From positions 1 to 15,722 of the forward strand of contig JAYZAC010000170.1 in the NCBI GenBank assembly GCA_036339875.1: 15,722 nt of DNA, in the 5' to 3' direction. The notes under the pieces are model-generated. The model saw nothing but the letters and a program-made list of their open reading frames with translations. It made no database searches and had not been told where the DNA came from. Positions 7,106-15,098 of this stretch are shown here, one piece after another. This stretch comes from a bacterium (GTDB lineage: Bacteria; Muiribacteriota; UBA6191). Numbering within the stretch: position 1 is the stretch's first letter; every line of letters begins with the position of its first letter. Both the position numbers and the translations under genes were made by a program.

Positions 7106-8320
7106 TTAAAGGGCTCGTTTTATTTCATTCCAACTGGGACGGCGGTTGTACATCAAGCAGCCAAGTCGAAAGAATCGTGCTGCCAAAAAAATTGATAAAA
7201 AAGTGAATAATAATAGAACTCCGAATCCCATTAGAACCTCCCATGTTTCAAGATTACCTAGACAGAATCGAGTGACTAAAACGAGGGGTGATGTTAATGG
7301 GAAGTAATATAGAAAGACAGCGAGAGATCCATGAATATCTTCTAGAATAATTTGCATTACATATAGGGGTAGAATTGAACCAATAACGAAAATGCTAGAG
7401 TATTGTTGAGCGTCTTTGTAATTTGGTGCTAAAGCACCGATTCCTATCATGATTGCTGCAAAAATCATGAAACCAATTAATAGGCTTAATACTCCTACCA
7501 CAATATGGTCTGTGGGTATTCTTGAGATTTCTAATGGAATTTGAAGACGTTGTGCTATGGCTCCCAAACCCAAAGCGGCAAGTCCAATCCAAATACCTAC
7601 TTGTATCAATGCGGCAGTTCCAAGACCTATTACTTTCCCAGTTATTAACTCCGCATCTCTTACTGTGCTTAATAGAATTTCAATTGTTCTATTCTCTTTC
7701 TCTTCAGAGACTGACTGGAGCAAGAAAGTGCTGGCAGTTGTGACAGATAGAATAAATATAACTAAGAAAAGCACTGGTACAACCATTTGATGATAATCAA
7801 AAGCCTGCACTTCGCCACTTTGATCAATAATATGCAGCTTGAATTTCAGAGTATCAAAAATTCGTTCACGACGTTCCTTTCCTTTCACATCGGCTAATAG
7901 TTTTTGACGAAGTATTTTGGTGGTAGGATCTTTAAAGGTTTGACTAGCACCTAAGGCTTTATTTTTCAGAACGATCAAATCAATATGAGAGGTTTTGAGG
8001 TAGTCAGTCTGAATTATCAGATAACCAATTGATTCTCCACTTATTAGATTTTTTTGATGATTTTGAATATTATCTACGGCTTTGAAAGGTCCATCTGCAG
8101 AAAATTGAAACTGACCCGAACGGTCCTCTATAAGAATCTTTTTACCTTGTTTGAATTGGGTTTCTAATTTACTACGAGCATAGGTTGCACTCTTGTGACT
8201 CAAGAAAAAAATGAAAACTATGAAAAGCGGTAGCATTAGGGTCATAGTTATAAAGCCTAGTCTGCGGGCAGTTTGAATTAATTCAAATTCAGCAACTACA
8301 AAAACCTTTCCCCAGCTCAT
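7106..8320 (-). CDS. ABC-2 family exporter permease (NatB/YhaP-like)
   Basis: N-terminal TM, soluble loop, then a TM cluster. Motifs SVSEEKENRTIEILLS, LITGKVIG, DAQQ and FPLTSP are typical of NatB-like permeases. ATGA overlap with the ATPase gene. Confidence 0.88.
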   Translation of the reverse strand: MSWGKVFVVAEFELIQTARRLGFITMTLMLPLFIVFIFFLSHKSATYARSKLETQFKQGKKILIEDRSGQFQFSADGPFKAVDNIQNHQKNLISGESIGYLIIQTDYLKTSHIDLIVLKNKALGASQTFKDPTTKILRQKLLADVKGKERRERIFDTLKFKLHIIDQSGEVQAFDYHQMVVPVLFLVIFILSVTTASTFLLQSVSEEKENRTIEILLSTVRDAELITGKVIGLGTAALIQVGIWIGLAALGLGAIAQRLQIPLEISRIPTDHIVVGVLSLLIGFMIFAAIMIGIGALAPNYKDAQQYSSIFVIGSILPLYVMQIILEDIHGSLAVFLYYFPLTSPLVLVTRFCLGNLETWEVLMGFGVLLLFTFLSIFLAARFFRLGCLMYNRRPSWNEIKRAL

Positions 8321-9222
8321 GCTGCCTCCACACAGAGTTCAAGGAAGATTTCATGCAATGATGGTCTTGAAACTTGAAATAATTCCACTTGAACATTGGC
8401 GGCTAAGATTTGCTCAAGAATTTGATTAGGTTTAACGCCTTCTTTGAAACAAATTTCAGCTTGATTACCATGATCACGAAGATGTTCGACGTGATTTAAA
8501 TGTGGTAAATCTCCCTCGTAATTGAGGTGGATATAGCGAGGTTCGAATTGACTTTTGATTTCAGTTACTGATCCGTAAGCTTTACTAGTTCCATTGGAAA
8601 TCATGATCACTCGGTCACAGATATCTTCTATCTCCTGAATCTGATGTGAAGAGAAAAGTATTGTTACACCTTCATTCTTTAGTTCATCGAGTGTATCAAA
8701 AACCATCTGGCGGTTAATTGGGTCTAGTCCTCGAAAAGGCTCATCAAGTATTAATAATTCTGGGCGATGTAAAATGGCTTGTATTATCTGTACTTTTTGC
8801 TGCATCCCCGAGCTTAGATTTTGAATCTTTTTATTTTGATGTTCAGTTAGCTCGAAGCGTTCAAGAAGTACTTTTGTGCGACTTCGTACTTCAGATCGAC
8901 TCAGGCCACGTAAACGACCGAGATACATCACGGTATCCATTACTGTTGCTCGTGTGTAAAGTCCCCGCTCCTCCGGTAAATACCCAATTCGTTGCATTAG
9001 TTCGTCATGAAATCGTTCACCGAAAACCTTTAGTTGACCTTCATCAGGTTCCATAATATTTAATAAGGCTCTAATAGTAGTTGTTTTACCGGCACCATTA
9101 CGACCCAAAAAGCCAAAGATTTCACCACTTTGAACTTCAAAACTTAATTGATTAACCGCTTTTTGCTTACCAAAGCTTTTACTAAAGTTTCGCACTTCGA
9201 TAACTACTTTTTTTTCACTCAT
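8317..9222 (-). CDS. ABC exporter ATP-binding protein (NatA/YhaQ-like, with C-terminal extension)
   Basis: GRNGAGKTT, IGYLPEERGLY, LSSGMQQKVQ, LLILDEPFRGLDP, FSSHQ and C-terminal PSLHEIF. ATG 9222 has AAGAGGA 8 nt upstream and is preferred over 9231. Confidence 0.92.
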   Translation of the reverse strand: MSEKKVVIEVRNFSKSFGKQKAVNQLSFEVQSGEIFGFLGRNGAGKTTTIRALLNIMEPDEGQLKVFGERFHDELMQRIGYLPEERGLYTRATVMDTVMYLGRLRGLSRSEVRSRTKVLLERFELTEHQNKKIQNLSSGMQQKVQIIQAILHRPELLILDEPFRGLDPINRQMVFDTLDELKNEGVTILFSSHQIQEIEDICDRVIMISNGTSKAYGSVTEIKSQFEPRYIHLNYEGDLPHLNHVEHLRDHGNQAEICFKEGVKPNQILEQILAANVQVELFQVSRPSLHEIFLELCVEAA

Positions 9223-10594
9223 TAAGATCATCCTCTTTATTTGAATCTATTTTCTCTGCGGTGAATTGTTTTAAGCCTACGAGTTCTGACTGTAATTCTC
9301 GTATTTTGTCATTATTTTGATCAATTTGTTTTAAAGTTAACAGATCTTGTAGGCCAATTTTATGCAACATTTTTACGGTAGAATAGAGTTCTAAATTACT
9401 TTTAGAGTGTGAGTTAGTTAAATCAATCGTTTGCATAAGTCTTTTGGAGTTTTGTTTATGATTGTAGGTAAGTTCACTCAAATTTTTTAGTAATAAATCT
9501 TTAGATTGAGCGCATATTTCTAACTGAGTACTAATATCAACAAAATCCTCTTGGATTTGCTCGAGTTTTTTAATTATAGTTTTATCTGTGTTGTGAATTT
9601 CGTCGATGAGGACAGCGAGACCTTTAGTATTTTTTGCTGAGCGACTGACTTCCACAACAGCATTCATTGTAAATACTTCTTTTTTTAATGCCAGTTTTGT
9701 TGTTAGTGCTAAAGAGTCATGTCCAGAGGCAATAATCATTTTTAGAGTTTGCTGAGTTTTCTGCAGTTTTTCTATTGAAGTCATTGCGGACCTCAAAGAA
9801 TTTTCGAATTCTTCTAGGAGGTTTTGCTTCTGCTGCATAATCTCTAAAGAGGAGTTAAGTGATAGCTTTAGATTATCTGAACGCTCCATAAGTTCTTCAG
9901 AATAGCCACTTCGAGAGCGTTGCTGTTGACTCCAGTGGGCAAGGTCCGCAACAATACTATTTAGGAGTTCAGAAACTTTACTAAAGCGGGTTTCTAAGTT
10001 TCTTTGGCTAGATTCAAATGCAGGTAATATCCATTTATTCAAGATTATTGTGATCATTACAATAAGTAGAGTTAGTATGAACAAACAATAGGTTACAAAT
10101 CGATGAATTAGATGTTTGGAACTATCTGAGACAAATTTATTATTTAAGTCGATTTTGTAGTACCCAATGGTACCAACAGAGGGGGCATGGAGTGGTCCTG
10201 TAGCTCTCAAAAAATGATCAAACTTTCTTATTCGTTCAATCTCATACAGAGTTCCTACCTTAAAAGAATCATCCACATTATTTCCATCTAAAAAATTTAA
10301 GTTTTCATCAAAAATGGCTATTTTTATATTTTTGGAATTGTACTTATTTATGGCCTCACAGGCCTTGAGGATTCTTTTAAGTAGAAAACTATTTTTATTT
10401 ATTTTTCTGTCTAAGAGAGAATCGGTAAATTGATGATTCAAGAAGCTTACTAGGGTAGATAAACGATATTCAGCAACTGTTTGATTCAAACGATTAGTTT
10501 CGCGATACATGTAAACTAAACTTAGGAGTACAAAAATCGAAGTAGCTCCTAAAACGAGAGTTAAAATTTTGCCGCGTAAAGATACTTGATTCAT
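9215..10594 (-). CDS. Divergent methyl-accepting chemotaxis-like membrane protein
   Basis: TM1 (about aa 9-30), extracytoplasmic domain, TM2 (about aa 166-190) and a long helical cytoplasmic region. NAVVEVSRSAKNTKGLAVLIDEI (aa 311-333) aligns without gaps to the MCP hairpin tip consensus [23 protein letters not shown]. Confidence 0.65.
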   Translation of the reverse strand: MNQVSLRGKILTLVLGATSIFVLLSLVYMYRETNRLNQTVAEYRLSTLVSFLNHQFTDSLLDRKINKNSFLLKRILKACEAINKYNSKNIKIAIFDENLNFLDGNNVDDSFKVGTLYEIERIRKFDHFLRATGPLHAPSVGTIGYYKIDLNNKFVSDSSKHLIHRFVTYCLFILTLLIVMITIILNKWILPAFESSQRNLETRFSKVSELLNSIVADLAHWSQQQRSRSGYSEELMERSDNLKLSLNSSLEIMQQKQNLLEEFENSLRSAMTSIEKLQKTQQTLKMIIASGHDSLALTTKLALKKEVFTMNAVVEVSRSAKNTKGLAVLIDEIHNTDKTIIKKLEQIQEDFVDISTQLEICAQSKDLLLKNLSELTYNHKQNSKRLMQTIDLTNSHSKSNLELYSTVKMLHKIGLQDLLTLKQIDQNNDKIRELQSELVGLKQFTAEKIDSNKEDDLNE

Positions 10595-10605
10595 AAGATT
10601 CGTTT

Positions 10606-10652
10606 ATTTTACGTCAAGCAATGATAGTGTCCCAGTTAAATCTAGCTATGAT
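10606..10652. promoter_or_regulatory. Back-to-back -10 elements in the divergent intergenic region
   Basis: Minus-strand TAAAAT (10611-10606) lies 11 nt before ATG 10594. Plus-strand GC-TATGAT (10647-10652) lies 11 nt before GTG 10664. No clear -35 for either. Confidence 0.4.
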
Positions 10653-10663
10653 ATTCTTGAATT

Positions 10664-11485
10664 GTGAAAACTAAGCATAGAACACTTAAATTATTAGATC
10701 AGAAAGCTGATCAATTTGCTAAATCCAAAGCATCGCGTTTTCCATTAAATAATTCGATTGAGCGCTTCAATAATCCAATTGATATAGGCTTTAGAAAAGA
10801 TTCTAGTGAAATACCTTTTCTTGAGTGGCTAGTAAAATGTTTGCCTTCACAAGGCAGTATTTTAGACGTTGGTTCCGGTGATGGCAGGGTGGCAAAGCTT
10901 TTACGGAATAAAGGTCTGGAAGTAACTTGCTTAGAACCAGCAAGTAATCGAGCTGCCGAGTTGAGACAACAAAAATTTTCTGTTTTAGAAGGTACGTTTT
11001 TAGAATATTCATTTGATGAATCTTTCAATACCGTTTTATTTTGTAGAAGTATTGGTTTAGCATCTATGCGTGACGCAAAAGTTCAGTTAAGTGATACTTT
11101 ATGTAAAGCAGCAGACCTCAGTAACGATACCATCATTTTTGTAATGCCTCCTGAGGAAATACTTGTGCATAAGCTGTTTAGAAAAGAACGCTTACCTCTT
11201 TTTAAAAAGCCTTTGTTTCAATTTCATCTATTACAATTATTAAGTCTGAAGATACCTTTACGTGAAATCAGTCATAGTTATTATGTAATCAATCAATATC
11301 AAAGTGTTCAAGATTGCTTACAAAAAGATTTTTCAAAAACCTCATGGAATCAAAAGCAGCTATCTCAACTAGAATCGGTTTTACCAAAAGTTATGAGTGA
11401 AGGTTTTGAGAGAAGAGTACATTGGATGGTACGCTACTGCGAAGTTAATGCTAAAGAATTAGGCGCTGCATTAGATAGAACATAA
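10664..11485 (+). CDS. Class I SAM-dependent methyltransferase, substrate unknown
   Basis: Motif I SILDVGSGDG, then VTCLEPAS (acidic residue ending beta2), GTFLEY and SFNTVLF. Confidence 0.8.
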   Translation: MKTKHRTLKLLDQKADQFAKSKASRFPLNNSIERFNNPIDIGFRKDSSEIPFLEWLVKCLPSQGSILDVGSGDGRVAKLLRNKGLEVTCLEPASNRAAELRQQKFSVLEGTFLEYSFDESFNTVLFCRSIGLASMRDAKVQLSDTLCKAADLSNDTIIFVMPPEEILVHKLFRKERLPLFKKPLFQFHLLQLLSLKIPLREISHSYYVINQYQSVQDCLQKDFSKTSWNQKQLSQLESVLPKVMSEGFERRVHWMVRYCEVNAKELGAALDRT

Positions 11486-11488
11486 AAA

Positions 11489-12094
11489 ATGAATCAGCGA
11501 AATCATATAGAAAAGGAATTAAAACTTTGTTTATCTGAAGCTCATTACATAAGTTTGTGTGAGTATTTGGTAAGAAATAGTAGTCTCATAAATATCCACG
11601 AGCAGTGTAATATTTATCTCGAAACTGAAGATAATTACTTTGCTAATAATCGGGAAATGTTGCGTCTCAGGGAGACTGAGAACTTTTGGACTCTTACCCA
11701 TAAATCGCGAATTAAAGTGAATGATGGTGAATTTTCTAGTCATGAATCAGAGACTGATTTGGGTTATTTTGAAGGCACCATTATCGATCTTACAACCAAG
11801 GTGCAGCAATTAGAGCCATGGAATCAGTTAAAACCTCTTATTGTCCAAGGTCAATTGTTAAATACTCGACATGAATTCAAATGGAAAGACTTTACTTTAG
11901 AACTCGATAGGAGCCAATTCTCGAATCAAAGAATTGATTTTGAACTTGAATGTGAAACTTTAGAATTCGAACGATTACGCGATTCTTTAGCGGAATTATT
12001 TGAGCAATTGAGGATTCCATGGAAACCTCAGGACACTAGTAAGTACAAACGTTTTTTAGAATCATTGGATTCACATCTCAACAATCCACTTTGA
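11489..12094 (+). CDS. CYTH-domain (triphosphate tunnel metalloenzyme) protein, YjbK-like
   Basis: N-terminal ExExK (IEKELK), Q.NIYLET, LRLRE, LTHK, LELDRS, DFELECE and SKYKRF. Confidence 0.88.
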   Translation: MNQRNHIEKELKLCLSEAHYISLCEYLVRNSSLINIHEQCNIYLETEDNYFANNREMLRLRETENFWTLTHKSRIKVNDGEFSSHESETDLGYFEGTIIDLTTKVQQLEPWNQLKPLIVQGQLLNTRHEFKWKDFTLELDRSQFSNQRIDFELECETLEFERLRDSLAELFEQLRIPWKPQDTSKYKRFLESLDSHLNNPL

Positions 12095-12201
12095 AAGTTA
12101 TCTCAAGTAGCTATACATAATCTATTATTTTATGATTTGTTTTGTTTGGTTCTTACATAAGCCGGTAAACCGTAACTGGATTTACTTGATAGCCTTGCTA
12201 A

Positions 12202-12879
12202 GTGAAATTTTTAATCATTATTACTTCATTTCTACTTGGTCACTCGACATTCCATTCTAGTCCAAATGAATATACTTACAGCTATGATTTGGAAACAACG
12301 AGCTCTATCGAAAATATTTCTGAGTATCAATGGATGCAGTATCAAAATTATCGAAAAATTCAATACGGCGACCAAGATTCTTCTAATTCACTAGATGAGG
12401 GTCAGTTTTATTTTATAGACCCTGAGTTATTAAAGCAGATCGATTCATTGAATAGTGCGTTGATAAGTCATAATGGTGATTCAGTCTTTTTGTGGCGAAC
12501 AAAGGCTAAATCACTAACTTTTAATGAATGGACAGTTCTTCCAGACCATTATGAAATGCCATTAGGATTGGTCAAAGTTCGCTGGGTTAGTGAGAACAAT
12601 AACTACGATCAGTTCATATCAATTGTGACGCAAGATTTCACCTGTCGTCCTTTTAAGGAGAGTAACACTTGTTTCATGGTTGATTTAATGATTGATACGC
12701 CACGTAAGTTTGTGCAACGTAAATATTTTGATCGATTCACGTCTTGGGATATTTCTTCGATAGAAAATGGAAGATACCGACTCGTCTTGAAGTGGCAAAA
12801 TGGGCATCTTCTTTCTCCAGTTTTTAATATTCAGCACAATAGCGCTAAAAGTAGATCGCATGTTGGGAGGTTTGAATGA
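12202..12879 (+). CDS. Hypothetical exported protein, possible C-terminal Ig-like beta-sandwich
   Basis: 225-aa ORF with a signal-like N-terminus (MKFLIIITSFLLG). Its stop overlaps the next ATG (ATGA). WDISSIENGRYRLVL resembles an Ig-like tyrosine-corner motif. Confidence 0.55.
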   Translation: MKFLIIITSFLLGHSTFHSSPNEYTYSYDLETTSSIENISEYQWMQYQNYRKIQYGDQDSSNSLDEGQFYFIDPELLKQIDSLNSALISHNGDSVFLWRTKAKSLTFNEWTVLPDHYEMPLGLVKVRWVSENNNYDQFISIVTQDFTCRPFKESNTCFMVDLMIDTPRKFVQRKYFDRFTSWDISSIENGRYRLVLKWQNGHLLSPVFNIQHNSAKSRSHVGRFE

Positions 12880-13652
12880 AACTTTTTTTATTATTCTTTA
12901 GTTTAATAGGTATGACTAGTGCTGTGACAGGTTTGACGCCTTCAGTCAACCTATGGGATAGTCAATTAAACGGATCTATCCAAGGATCAGGAACTGGTGA
13001 AGCCTCCTTTGAAAAGGATACTGATCGAGCATTGGGTTTGTCACTTAATATGCATTTTTTAGGGATGAGCTCGCGCTTACAGTATCAGCCATTTAGTTAC
13101 AACACCAAGGTGAATGTGAATGCTAACTTTCAATTTGATGGAAGAAGTTATCAGACAGGAGATCAGCTACAATTTGAACTGGATTGGAAGCAATGGGATT
13201 TAGAATGGCGTCTTTCACACTTTGGTTTGAATCGTTCAGATACAGGCGGATTTGATGTAAAGTTAGCTGCTGGTCTTAAAGTTGTTCAAGCGGGCGTAAA
13301 ACTTAGTGGTTCTAGAGTAGGGGGTGCAGATGCTCCTACGGTAAATTTTGATGAAACAGTTCCTGTTCCTTATCTCGGAGCGAGTCTGAATGCTCGGCTT
13401 TCAGAACACTGGCGATTTGAGACTGATGTGAAATACCTTGATCTAAGTATTAGTGATACTTCCGTGAAGCACGAAGACTATTTGTTGGGCTTGAGATATT
13501 ATACGGATCCCGAGAGCGAAAAACTCGGTTCTTTCTTTTTTGGATGGCGTCAACAATCTTTTGATTTGATAGTAAATGAGGATGCTAGCGATGAGTCACG
13601 ATTGGATTTGAAACAATCAGGGTTACAGGCATCTTATCAAATCCATTTTTAG
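12876..13652 (+). CDS. Outer-membrane beta-barrel protein (resembles the TIGR04219-type family)
   Basis: Signal peptide, alternating amphipathic beta-strands, W...LNG.I, PVPYLGASL and a C-terminal BAM-type signal QASYQIHF. Confidence 0.72.
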   Translation: MKLFLLFFSLIGMTSAVTGLTPSVNLWDSQLNGSIQGSGTGEASFEKDTDRALGLSLNMHFLGMSSRLQYQPFSYNTKVNVNANFQFDGRSYQTGDQLQFELDWKQWDLEWRLSHFGLNRSDTGGFDVKLAAGLKVVQAGVKLSGSRVGGADAPTVNFDETVPVPYLGASLNARLSEHWRFETDVKYLDLSISDTSVKHEDYLLGLRYYTDPESEKLGSFFFGWRQQSFDLIVNEDASDESRLDLKQSGLQASYQIHF

Positions 13653-13676
13653 ATAAAATAAATTGCATTTAAACCC

Positions 13677-13724
13677 TTTACAGTCTCTTAAAAAATATTA
13701 CAATCAAAACACTTTCTAAAGGAG
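13677..13724 (+). promoter_or_regulatory. Promoter and Shine-Dalgarno sequence for the amylase gene
   Basis: TTTACA (13677-13682), 16-bp spacer, TACAAT (13699-13704). SD AAAGGAG (13718-13724) lies 8 nt before ATG 13733. Confidence 0.55.
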
Positions 13725-13732
13725 TAGCCAAA

Positions 13733-15070
13733 ATGAGTGCCCGGTATCTTGTAATTTTTTTGTTTAGCTTTTTGCAAATCGGCTTTGCTGGTAGTGAGAT
13801 GTTGTCACGACAAAGTTTGTTCAAAAAAATTCACTCTGATGCGGCTTCTGCTCCCCGTCCAACAGAAATTCTGTTTCAAGGGTTTGCCTGGAATGTGTCT
13901 GTGGATGGCGAAGAAGGTTCTTGGTATGATCTGATGGGTTCCAAGGCACGTGAATTAGCCAAAATTGGAATCACTCAAATTTGGTATCCACCAGTTTCCA
14001 GATCGGTATCGAAGCAAGGTTATATGCCAGGAGATTATTATGATCTGGGCACTCCCGAAAACGAAACTTACTACGGCAATATCGAGGAATTGAAAGAATC
14101 GATCCATAAATTTCACAAAGAAGGAATTGATGCAATTGCAGACATTGTGATCAATCACCGAACTGCGTCTCATAAAGAAGATGGCATTTGGAATGTCTTT
14201 CATCATAAGTCTGGCAAAATGTGGTGGGAGAAATGGGCATTAGCTAAAGACGACTACGGCGGTACCGGTAATTATGACTCCGGTGGAAATTTTGAGCCAG
14301 CGCCAGATATAGACCATAGTAACCCTATAGTTAGAAGAGATATCATTAATTGGTTACGCTGGATGAAATCGGAAGTTGGATTTGATGGTTGGCGTTTCGA
14401 TTTCGTGAAAGGCTACCAAGGTCTTTATGTGCAGGCTTACATCAGAGCGACTGACCCGACATTTGCTGTGGGGGAGTACTGGTCCTCCATGGGTTATCAG
14501 ATGACCACTAACCTAAAGCCTGATCAAGACCCTCATCGGCAATTAATCGTCGACTGGATTGACGACACTCGCGGAAAAGCACGAGCTTTTGATTTTACAA
14601 CGAAGGGTATTTTACAGGAAGCAGTTAAAGAAAAGGAATATTGGCGGTTGAGGTCCAGAGATGGCAAAGCAGCTGGGGTTCTAGGTTGGTGGCCTGAGCG
14701 TTCGGTAACCTTTCTTGATAACCATGATACTGGTTCCAAACAATCTCATTGGCCTTTTCCCTCAGATGACGTCTTAGAAGGTTATGCATACATCCTTACA
14801 CACCCAGGAACTCCTACAATTTTTTGGGATCACTATTTTGAATGGGGCGATTTCTATCGAGCTAAAATTCGTGAACTATCTGAAATGCGCCACGGTTTGA
14901 ATATTCATCGTGAGAGTAACTTACAGATTCTTGAGGCTCGAAATAATTTGTACGTGGCTAAGGTAGACGATAAATTAATATTAAAATTAGGCTCTTTGGG
15001 TTTTGACCCAGGTTCAGAGTGGGAGTCGGCAATTTCTGGGCCCGGTTATTACATCTGGGTACGTAAGTAG
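13733..15070 (+). CDS. Secreted GH13 alpha-amylase, plant-type (GH13_6-like)
   Basis: Conserved regions DIVINH, GWRFDFVKG (nucleophile D223), AVGEYW (E248) and FLDNHD (D332). Also EILFQGF, QGYMP, APDIDH, AFDFTTKGILQEAV, GYAYILTHPGTP.IFWDH and C-terminal LYVAKVDDKLILKLG. Has a signal peptide. Confidence 0.93.
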   Translation: MSARYLVIFLFSFLQIGFAGSEMLSRQSLFKKIHSDAASAPRPTEILFQGFAWNVSVDGEEGSWYDLMGSKARELAKIGITQIWYPPVSRSVSKQGYMPGDYYDLGTPENETYYGNIEELKESIHKFHKEGIDAIADIVINHRTASHKEDGIWNVFHHKSGKMWWEKWALAKDDYGGTGNYDSGGNFEPAPDIDHSNPIVRRDIINWLRWMKSEVGFDGWRFDFVKGYQGLYVQAYIRATDPTFAVGEYWSSMGYQMTTNLKPDQDPHRQLIVDWIDDTRGKARAFDFTTKGILQEAVKEKEYWRLRSRDGKAAGVLGWWPERSVTFLDNHDTGSKQSHWPFPSDDVLEGYAYILTHPGTPTIFWDHYFEWGDFYRAKIRELSEMRHGLNIHRESNLQILEARNNLYVAKVDDKLILKLGSLGFDPGSEWESAISGPGYYIWVRK

Positions 15071-15098
15071 CTTTGTTTTTAACCGATTGTCCAGTCAG

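Noticed and set aside
7395..7790. Three short ORFs (65, 73 and 77 aa)
   Set aside because: Alternative-frame or antisense shadows of the ABC permease.
8718..9056. 112-aa plus-strand ORF
   Set aside because: Antisense to a well-conserved ABC ATPase.
10711..11743. Minus-strand ORFs of 105, 69 and 70 aa
   Set aside because: Antisense shadows of the methyltransferase and CYTH genes.
12160..12186. Small hairpins CGGT-AA-ACCG and GTAAACC...GGATTTAC
   Set aside because: Short and weak with no U-tract; insufficient for a terminator or RNA call.
12301..12768. Peptide SSIEN occurring twice in the exported protein
   Set aside because: Different codons and unrelated flanks; likely coincidence.
13955..14739. 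Minus-strand ORFs of 83 and 68 aa
   Set aside because: Antisense shadows of the amylase.
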